Source: Breznakia blatticola | GTDB lineage: Bacteria; Bacillota_I; Bacilli_A; Erysipelotrichales; Erysipelotrichaceae | DNA: 23,760 nucleotides | Reading direction: 5' to 3' | Assembly (NCBI RefSeq): GCF_004365815.1 | Contig: NZ_SODD01000015.1 | Span: 21,179 to 44,938 of the forward strand | Shown: positions 17,794-23,760 of the stretch, piece after piece | How positions within the stretch are numbered: position 1 is the first letter of the stretch | How the letters are laid out: each line of letters opens with the position of its first letter | Notes under the pieces: model-generated | Seen by the model: only the letters and a program-made list of their open reading frames with translations | The model's database searches: none | Told to the model about the DNA's origin: nothing | Program-made: the position numbers and the translations under genes

Positions 17794-18768
17794 CTATTTC
17801 ACAATTTTTGCTTCTTTTAATAACTCTTCAGGAATCGTAATTCCTAGTTTTTTTGCTGTACTCTCATTGAATCCCATTTCTAATTTATCTTCAGAAGAGT
17901 ATTCAATTGGCATATCTTTTGGTTCAGCTTCACCACGTAAGATTTTAGCAGCTTGTTTTCCTGCTAAATATCCAATGTCGTAGTAGTTAATTCCGTATGT
18001 AGCAAGCGCTCCTTTTTCAACCATTGCAATTTCTCCAACAATTGTTGGCATATTATGTTCATTTGTTACACTGACAACATTTGCAATACTTTCACTTACC
18101 ATGTTATCTGTTGGGACATAGATTGCATCTACTTTTCCAACTAAGCTTTCTGCAACTTGTTGTACTTGATTTGATTCAGATACGGTTGCTGCTTCTACTT
18201 TAATTCCTTTTGCTTCAAGTGCTTTTTTAGCAATTTCGTATTGCAGTTCACTATTACGTTCTGCATTTGTATACATGACAGCTACACTTTTTACTTCAGG
18301 AGCAAGTTTTACTAGCAAATCAATTTGATCTTCAACTGGTGTTAAATCACTAACTCCTGTTACATTTCCACCTGGTTTCTCATTTGATTTTACAAGTTTT
18401 GAATCTTCTGGATTTGTAACTGCAGAAATAACAATTGGAATTTCTGTTGTTTTTTGTGCAGCGGCAATCGCACTTGGTGTTGCAATTGCATAAATTAAAT
18501 CATTCCCATCATTAACTAGTTTATCTGCAATTGTTTCTGCATTGCTTCCTTCACCTTGCGCATTTTGATCATCAAATGTAATGTTTTTCCCCTCTTCAAA
18601 TCCTTCATCTTTTAATGCATCGATAAAACCATCGTGTGCTTGATCTAAAGCAGGGTGTTGTGCATATTGGATAATTCCAACTTTTTTCATCCCTTCTGTA
18701 TCATCATCACAAGCAACTAAACCTATAACCATTAATAAACTCATGCAAATCATCATTAACTTTTTCAT
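17794..18768 (-). CDS. ABC transporter substrate-binding lipoprotein B (PF04392/COG2984-type). Predicted Tyr-responsive.
   Basis: 324 aa. The signal peptide has lipobox LVAC (MKKLMMICMSLLMVIGLVAC|DDD). It is a paralogue of the 19074-20054 product, sharing blocks such as GIIQYAQHPALD, LIYAIATPSA, GGNVTGVSDLTPV and LAGKQAAKILRGEA. It is preceded by a T-box leader with specifier UAC. Confidence 0.9.
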   Translation of the reverse strand: MKKLMMICMSLLMVIGLVACDDDTEGMKKVGIIQYAQHPALDQAHDGFIDALKDEGFEEGKNITFDDQNAQGEGSNAETIADKLVNDGNDLIYAIATPSAIAAAQKTTEIPIVISAVTNPEDSKLVKSNEKPGGNVTGVSDLTPVEDQIDLLVKLAPEVKSVAVMYTNAERNSELQYEIAKKALEAKGIKVEAATVSESNQVQQVAESLVGKVDAIYVPTDNMVSESIANVVSVTNEHNMPTIVGEIAMVEKGALATYGINYYDIGYLAGKQAAKILRGEAEPKDMPIEYSSEDKLEMGFNESTAKKLGITIPEELLKEAKIVK

Positions 18769-18797
18769 TTTAATACTCCCTTCGACTATTTGTGTAT

Positions 18798-19037
18798 AAA
18801 AAAAACGCCCTCGAATGAGGACGATTTAGAAACCGCGGTACCACCTCTGTTTTATACAATATGTATAACAACTCAAAACACGGTAATGGGTGTTAACCAG
18901 AGGTAGCCTACTGATATATAAACGTTCGGTACTCGACTCCATGATGTATTCATTCACCTTCTTATGTGCTATTTTCACCACCATAGCATCTCTTGTTTCC
19001 AAAGGATCATTACTTGTTCATTTCTACGTCTGTTATG
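18798..19037 (-). promoter_or_regulatory. T-box leader 1 (tRNA-sensing transcription attenuator), predicted specifier UAC = Tyr
   Basis: Minus-strand elements: AG bulge plus distal loop AGAGAUGCUAUGGUGGUGAAAAUAGCAC (18966-18993). Specifier loop UGAA-UAC-A (codon at 18946-18948). Stem III UUAUACAUAUUGUAUAA. T-box/antiterminator GAGG-UGGUACC-GCG...CGU-CCUC (T-box at 18831-18848). Terminator CGUCCUC-AUUC-GAGGGCG plus U8 (18798-18823). Confidence 0.85.
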
Positions 19038-19043
19038 CATTCA

Positions 19044-19072
19044 ATTGTAGTTTGTTCATTCGTTAAAGTCAA
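19044..19072 (-). promoter_or_regulatory. Sigma-A promoter P1 driving T-box leader 1
   Basis: On the minus strand: TTGACT (19067-19072), 17 nt, TACAAT (19044-19049). The -35 element starts 1 nt after the stop codon of the upstream binding-protein gene. Confidence 0.6.
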
Positions 19073-19073
19073 C

Positions 19074-20054
19074 TTATTCTAAAACTGTCGCTTTATCAAG
19101 TAAACTTTCAGGAATTGTGATATTCACTAAATCTGCAACCTTTTTATTGATTACAAGCTCTAATTCATCACCAGTTAAGTATTCAATTGGCATATCTGCA
19201 GCAACAGCTTCACCACGTAGGATTTTTGCTGCTTGTTTTCCTGCAAGTTGCCCTAACTTGTAATAGTCAATTGCATATGATGCAAGACCACCACCTTCTG
19301 TCATTCCTTTTTCACCAACAATACAAGGAATTCCTTTTTCGTTGGTTACTTGTGTTACTGTTGCAATTCCTTCAGCTAGTAAGTTATCTGTTGGAATATA
19401 CACTGCATCAACTTGACCAACTAAACTCTCTGCAACTTGTTGAATTTGACTAATATCAGAAACTGTTGTTTCTTGATATTCAATTCCTTCTTTTTTAAGT
19501 GCTTCTGCTGCAATATCTGCTTGGAATTTTGAATTATCTTCAGAATTCGTATACATAATTGCAACTTTTTTTACATCTGGCATAAATTCCTTAATCAAAG
19601 AAATTTGTTCCTTCACTGGCGTTAAATCACTAACCCCAGTAACATTTCCCCCTGGCTCTTCATTACAAGCAACAATTCCTGATGTTTTAGGATCAGTTAC
19701 TGCATTTACCACGATAGGAATATCTTGTGTTTTTTGTGCAACTGCTTGTGCACTTGGTGTTGCAATCGCATAGATTAAATCTGGATTGTCATTTACAAGT
19801 TTGTCTGCAATTGTCTCATTTGTAGAACTATCACTTTGCGCATTATTGCGATTAATTGTTAAGTTCTTTCCCTCTTCAAATCCTTCTTCTTTTAAGGCAT
19901 CAATAAATCCTTCATATGTTTTATCCAATGCTGGATGTTCTGCATATTGAATGACTCCGATAGTTGCATGTCCTTCTGCTTTTTCTTCTTCATTACACGC
20001 TACAAGCGTTAGACACATACAAACTAGTAATGATACGACTCCAAGTTTTTTCAT
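19074..20054 (-). CDS. ABC transporter substrate-binding lipoprotein A (PF04392/COG2984-type). Predicted Phe-responsive.
   Basis: 326 aa. The signal peptide has lipobox LVAC (MKKLGVVSLLVCMCLTLVAC|NEEE). It is a paralogue of the 17794-18768 product and is preceded by a T-box leader with specifier UUC. Confidence 0.9.
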   Translation of the reverse strand: MKKLGVVSLLVCMCLTLVACNEEEKAEGHATIGVIQYAEHPALDKTYEGFIDALKEEGFEEGKNLTINRNNAQSDSSTNETIADKLVNDNPDLIYAIATPSAQAVAQKTQDIPIVVNAVTDPKTSGIVACNEEPGGNVTGVSDLTPVKEQISLIKEFMPDVKKVAIMYTNSEDNSKFQADIAAEALKKEGIEYQETTVSDISQIQQVAESLVGQVDAVYIPTDNLLAEGIATVTQVTNEKGIPCIVGEKGMTEGGGLASYAIDYYKLGQLAGKQAAKILRGEAVAADMPIEYLTGDELELVINKKVADLVNITIPESLLDKATVLE

Positions 20055-20082
20055 AACTATTTCCCCCTATGACTCAATAAAC

Positions 20083-20306
20083 AAAAAAAGTCCTCATTAT
20101 GAGGACGATGAATCACCGCGTTACCACCTCGTTTGCCATCAAAACTGATGACCTCTTTGGTACACAAGATAATGGTTGTTAACCAGCTTGCCTTTTGTGA
20201 CAAGCAACTCCGTGATGAATTCAAAACTTTTCTCAGTGCTATTTTCACCAGCCATAGCATCTCTAATTTCCAAAAAGGATTTACTACTTCACTTCTTTGT
20301 TTAATT
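20083..20306 (-). promoter_or_regulatory. T-box leader 2, predicted specifier UUC = Phe
   Basis: Minus-strand elements: AGAGAUGCUAUGGCUGGUGAAAAUAGCAC (20236-20264). Specifier loop UGAA-UUC-A (codon at 20217-20219). Stem III CAUCAGUUUUGAUG. T-box/antiterminator GAGG-UGGUAAC-GCG...CGU-CCUC (T-box at 20114-20133). Terminator GUCCUCA-UAA-UGAGGAC plus U7 (20083-20106). Confidence 0.85.
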
Positions 20307-20312
20307 ATTACC

Positions 20313-20341
20313 ATTTTACCGATTATGTAAATATATGTCAA
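20313..20341 (-). promoter_or_regulatory. Sigma-A promoter P2 driving T-box leader 2
   Basis: On the minus strand: TTGACA (20336-20341), 17 nt, TAAAAT (20313-20318). Confidence 0.65.
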
Positions 20342-20422
20342 TCAAAAAAGAAACTTTTTACATTAAATGAAAGAATTTTCAATTCTGATTGCCAGTTCTT
20401 GAATGTAATTCTTACTTCAGCT

Positions 20423-20545
20423 TCATGTTTGTGACTCATTATGTATTCTTTGTTCCTGCTTTTCTAATAATCTTCGTATTTTGAGTAATTCATTATATAT
20501 ACCACCAAAATAACAAAACGCAATAATTGCTAAAATAATAATCAT
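20423..20545 (-). CDS. Possible 40-aa single-pass membrane peptide (below the ORF-track size cutoff)
   Basis: SD AAAGGAG lies 8 nt upstream of ATG 20545. The product is MIIILAIIAFCYFGGIYNELLKIRRLLEKQEQRIHNESQT: one hydrophobic helix followed by a charged tail. An AT-rich hairpin AGAATT-GAA-AATTCT follows. I have no homology evidence. Confidence 0.35.
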   Translation of the reverse strand: MIIILAIIAFCYFGGIYNELLKIRRLLEKQEQRIHNESQT

Positions 20546-20633
20546 AGATTTCGCTCCTTTCTTATCGTTATCTTTAAGTTAATGATACTACATAAATATA
20601 TTTTTGACATAAAAAACAATTCATATTTTCTCG

Positions 20634-20662
20634 TTGTCTATTTAGAGTGATTCAACTATACT
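20634..20662 (+). promoter_or_regulatory. Possible promoter for the short ORF and mgtC-like gene
   Basis: TTGTCT (20634-20639), 17 nt, TATACT (20657-20662). Confidence 0.4.
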
Positions 20663-20690
20663 ATATGTTTATGAAGGAGGATATTAAACA

Positions 20691-20801
20691 ATGAAAACAC
20701 TTGTTAATTTTAGCGATATAGATGAACTTACATTTATCGATGATACTGTCATACAACTAAATTGTATAATGCATTCAAGCGAGTTGGTGAAATATGTTTG
20801 A
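20691..20801 (+). CDS. Possible 36-aa acidic upstream ORF, translationally coupled to the MgtC-family gene
   Basis: SD AAGGAGG lies 10 nt upstream of ATG 20691. The product is MKTLVNFSDIDELTFIDDTVIQLNCIMHSSELVKYV. Its stop overlaps the mgtC-like start (ATGTTTGA, 8-nt overlap). I have no homology evidence. Confidence 0.35.
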   Translation: MKTLVNFSDIDELTFIDDTVIQLNCIMHSSELVKYV

Positions 20802-21471
20802 ACAATTTGATATTCTTTCCATCTTCATTCGTCTAACTATGTCTATGATATTTGGAGCATCAATTGGATTTGATCGTTCAAAAAAAGGAAGTCCAGCGGG
20901 TTTAAAAACACATTCTCTTGTTTGTATTGGTTCAACCCTTGTTATGCTTACAAGCGAATATTGCTTTGTAAATTACGGTCTAGGAGATATTACACGATTG
21001 CCTGCACAGGTTATTAGTGGAATTGGTTTTCTTGGAGCAGGTATGATTTTAGTTACTGGTAATGATCGAATCAAAGGACTTACTTCTGCAGCAAGCATTT
21101 GGTTTAGTGCTTGTATCGGATTAGCTGTTGGGATTGGCTTTTACTTTGGAGCATTTGTGGCAACTATACTTGAACTATTCGTCTTAAAGCTGCTTAGTAA
21201 ACATTTTTCTACACAAGCAAACCAAGTAACTATTGATTTATATATAGAATATACTTCATCATTTGATTTAAGTAGCATGATTTTACTCATGAAAAACCAT
21301 AAAATTGAGTTAGTAAATGAAGACAATCATCTACTCAAAAACTTAAATGTAAAGGAAAATAGTTACTCAACAATCATCTCCTTACAAATATCAAACACTA
21401 TGGATGAATCCGAACTTATTTCCTTGGTTCAAAACATTCAAGGAATTAATTGCGTGTATAACATAAACTAA
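20794..21471 (+). CDS. mgtC: MgtC/SapB family membrane protein
   Basis: 225 aa. The N-terminal MgtC-type TM domain is RLTMSMIFGASIGFDRSKKGSPAGLKTHSLVCIGSTLVML...ISGIGFLGAGMIL, followed by a soluble C-terminal domain. Confidence 0.88.
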   Translation: MFEQFDILSIFIRLTMSMIFGASIGFDRSKKGSPAGLKTHSLVCIGSTLVMLTSEYCFVNYGLGDITRLPAQVISGIGFLGAGMILVTGNDRIKGLTSAASIWFSACIGLAVGIGFYFGAFVATILELFVLKLLSKHFSTQANQVTIDLYIEYTSSFDLSSMILLMKNHKIELVNEDNHLLKNLNVKENSYSTIISLQISNTMDESELISLVQNIQGINCVYNIN

Positions 21472-21474
21472 AAC

Positions 21475-21516
21475 AAGCTAGAAACTTAGATTTATTCTTT
21501 GTTTCTAGCTTTTATT
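21475..21516 (+). terminator. Rho-independent terminator after the mgtC-like gene
   Basis: AAGCTAGAAAC (21475-21485), loop, GTTTCTAGCTT (21501-21511; perfect 11 bp), then TTTATT. Confidence 0.7.
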
Positions 21517-21613
21517 GTCCATTCATTTCTTTTGTCAATTATTGTTTCAGTAAACGATAATACTTTGATAAGCAGCAACCAATATTAATTTCCTGAAATC
21601 ACATGTAATTATT

Positions 21614-22429
21614 TTATTCTTTAGAATCTACTTGATGACCACACAAAGTCCTTGCGTACTCACTTGAGAATCCATAACCATAAGGGGCTTCATTTTCTTC
21701 ATCTATAAATTCAATCCAACACACATCCGAATTGTTAGCTGTAATTTGATTTCCCTTAAATACTATCTCTTCATTTGTGTTCGTATTATAAATATAATAC
21801 TGTAATCTGCTTCTACCTGGTAATGTTGCTTTACCATTCCAGTAGATAGAATCCTTGACCATACTGACCGTACCCATGTAGTCGGTTTTGAATAACTCAT
21901 TTATCGTATTGTTTTTTTCATCTAATGAATAAACTGCTGAATAATCTGATGAACTATCGACTAAAATATACACTTTCTTTCCATCATTAAACAATTGATT
22001 AATAAACTGCTGATCATCATTATAATTTTGAGAAGCTAAAAATTTGCTCTTTTTTGATTTCAAGTTTATTTTATTCAGTTCTGTATTCATTTCAACGTTA
22101 TCTATTAATATATAGTACAACTCATCATTTAGAATTGTAAATGACTCATGAATTACTCCTTTTAGTAAAACTGAATATTCATCGCTCTTTGTATCGTAAC
22201 AAATCAATTGTCCACCCTCAATAACTGGTAGTATGAAATACAATTCATTATTATGAATGACTCCTCCAGGTGTATCGAAATTTTCTCTATCGACTTTCTC
22301 ATTTCGTACTGAAGAAGAGTTGTTTTTATCAAAATCATACAATATATATTCTACATTTATAAGACTTTCATTTTCACTTCTCACACAATAAAAAATATAA
22401 TCATTATTAACGTCCAAAACTTGGATCAT
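21614..22429 (-). CDS. Hypothetical protein with repeated beta-propeller-like blades (DUF5050/YWTD-like by eye). Probably the 3' part of a split gene.
   Basis: 271-aa ORF with no convincing SD in front of ATG 22429. It has recurrent blade-like motifs: NNDYIFYCV, NNELYFILP, NDELYYILI, GKKVYILVD, KDSIYWNGK. See the finding on the split gene. Confidence 0.5.
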   Translation of the reverse strand: MIQVLDVNNDYIFYCVRSENESLINVEYILYDFDKNNSSSVRNEKVDRENFDTPGGVIHNNELYFILPVIEGGQLICYDTKSDEYSVLLKGVIHESFTILNDELYYILIDNVEMNTELNKINLKSKKSKFLASQNYNDDQQFINQLFNDGKKVYILVDSSSDYSAVYSLDEKNNTINELFKTDYMGTVSMVKDSIYWNGKATLPGRSRLQYYIYNTNTNEEIVFKGNQITANNSDVCWIEFIDEENEAPYGYGFSSEYARTLCGHQVDSKE

Positions 22430-22440
22430 CTCATTGAGTT

Positions 22441-22803
22441 CTATTTTTCTATTTCGATATATTCTTTTATTTCTAAATCATATACTAAAAGAGAATCTTG
22501 ATATGTATGCTCGCTATTTCTTTTGTATGAAACTCCAACTACTTTTTTTGAATCAGTTATTCTCTTTGGAACAAATAGTGCACCTTCAGTTGGATTAACA
22601 AGTTCATATTCTTGAGAAATTGTATCTGAAAAATCTAATTTTGATGCTGCATTTAGAATTTCAATATCAACTATCGGTTTAATATCATTCAAAGTTTTTT
22701 CACCTGATTCATTAACACCATTTTTACTAGTACATGATGTAATAATCAACAACAAACAGACCAAGCAATAAAGTTTGCTTGTTTTTTTTATGCTAATAGA
22801 CAT
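22441..22803 (-). CDS. Putative lipoprotein N-terminal fragment (signal peptide plus first blade). Probably the 5' part of the same split gene.
   Basis: From ATG 22803 the product begins MSISIKKTSKLYCLVCLLLIITSC|TSKNG, with an ITSC lipobox. The C-terminal LLVYDLEIKEYIEIEK resembles the blade motif of the downstream ORF. The start codon is uncertain; the track gives 22833. Confidence 0.5.
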   Translation of the reverse strand: MSISIKKTSKLYCLVCLLLIITSCTSKNGVNESGEKTLNDIKPIVDIEILNAASKLDFSDTISQEYELVNPTEGALFVPKRITDSKKVVGVSYKRNSEHTYQDSLLVYDLEIKEYIEIEK

Positions 22804-23354
22804 AATCCATTCCATCAACAACAAAGTTAGCACTTAACAATACGATTATAATTAATTTATTCATGTTTTCCCTTTCTTGAAACTTGCATATAACCAAACT
22901 TAATCTGAATATTTATTTATTTACTTCTTAGCAAGTACAGCAAAGTGTATTTGTTTTATCGGTTGTCTCATCAAAAGTATATTAATCCCCAGTTTCTAAC
23001 ATCCTTTGATCATTATCTTTATGCATCAAACTATGGAATGATACATTTTCCTATTATTCATTTTTGATTATATCTGTTTCTTTATTATATAGTTACACAT
23101 TATCATATGTTTATAATTATATCAAATATCAATATGCTTATTTATCAGTCGTAATAACTTTAATTCTATGTATTGTGAATCATATTGCATTTTATAATTA
23201 AGAATTTCCAGCCGTATGATGAGAAAAGTATTATAAATAGACGCACACGCACTTTAAAAGTTATCGCAGATTATTTAATTTTTCAAAGCAAATACACGAA
23301 CTTAATTATATTGCCAAGAAAGAAGTTAGTTTTTTGCTCTTGTTAGTTTTATTT

Positions 23355-23598
23355 TTACTTTGTAATTTCTGCTATCGTAATATCCAGTGTACTTGCAACC
23401 CTATGCAGATTTTTTAACTGAGAAAGTAACATCCTTTTTAGGATTTAGCTTCTTCCATAGAATTGAATATCCAATGTTCGCATCCTTCGCAAGGTTGTAT
23501 CAAGATATTTCTTTTTACTTAAGGTCGAAACATACGTTGTGAATAATAATGTCGTAGTCTTTTATGCTATGTCTATCATCCACCGAATCACTCCTTCC
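23355..23598 (-). pseudogene. Decayed XRE-like helix-turn-helix gene remnant
   Basis: SD GGAAGGAG (23591-23598) is followed by GTG/ATG. The reading frame gives ...IKDYDIIIHNVCFDLK*KEIS*YNLAKDANIGYSILWKKLNPKKDVTFS. A -1-shifted frame then gives LSQLKNLHRVASTLDITIAEITK*. The pieces resemble an HTH_XRE domain interrupted by two nonsense codons and one frameshift. This call is by eye only. Confidence 0.35.
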
Positions 23599-23760
23599 TG
23601 GTAAAACAAAAAAACAGCATACAAGTCAATCTATATATATAAAGAGTATTATCAGCAACATGGGGTTTTAGATTAGCTATTCAAAAACAAGGGGATGTTT
23701 TCTCCTATAGATAAACACCTGCAATATAGAAGTTCGGGGTTTATTGATTCTCAACATACT

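Noticed and set aside
18935-18945. UGG triplet in leader 1 (CAUGGAG) as a possible Trp specifier
   Set aside because: The paralogous leader 2 has CACGGAG at the same position. The aligned GAA-NNN-A specifier context sits 6 nt upstream in both leaders. The UGGU antiterminator bulge also fits an A73 tRNA rather than a G73 tRNA-Trp.
19951-20341. Track ORFs 19951-20148(+), 20057-20341(-) and 20133-20330(+)
   Set aside because: They cover the T-box leader RNA and its promoter. The conserved RNA elements explain the sequence, and no SD precedes any of them.

Overview
This is a low-GC, Bacillota-type chromosomal window that is almost fully coding, mostly on the minus strand. No rRNA, tRNA, transposase or supportable CRISPR array was found.

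**1-6084, minus strand.** One giant gene is absent from the supplied ORF track because it has no stop inside the window. I translated it by hand. It encodes a secreted multidomain GH101 endo-alpha-N-acetylgalactosaminidase (mucin O-glycanase) of at least 2028 codons. Its C-terminal part contains near-identical 207-bp tandem repeats encoding FIVAR modules. A divergent AraC-family regulator lies next to it.

**7.3-11.3 kb.** The anaerobic sulfite reductase operon asrABC sits here with a divergent LysR-family regulator.

**11.4-16.0 kb.** This stretch holds a MarR-family regulator, a 762-aa P-type cation ATPase, a Cof-type HAD hydrolase, a small four-helix membrane protein and a VOC/glyoxalase-family protein. 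Most of these have their own terminator.

**16.0-20.3 kb.** This is the most interesting part. One ABC importer (ATPase, permease) has two paralogous PF04392/COG2984-type substrate-binding lipoproteins. Each binding-protein gene is preceded by its own sigma-A promoter and its own complete T-box leader. The two leaders are clear paralogues, and their specifier codons differ by one base: UUC (Phe) upstream and UAC (Tyr) downstream. No terminator separates the two modules, so the permease and ATPase lie only behind the Tyr T-box.

**20.4-23.8 kb.** This region contains an MgtC/SapB-family gene flanked by two unannotated short ORFs. Next comes a lipoprotein/beta-propeller-like gene that appears split by a 1-nt change in an A5 tract. 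The window ends in a ~0.9-kb AT-rich ORF-poor stretch carrying a decayed XRE-like HTH gene.
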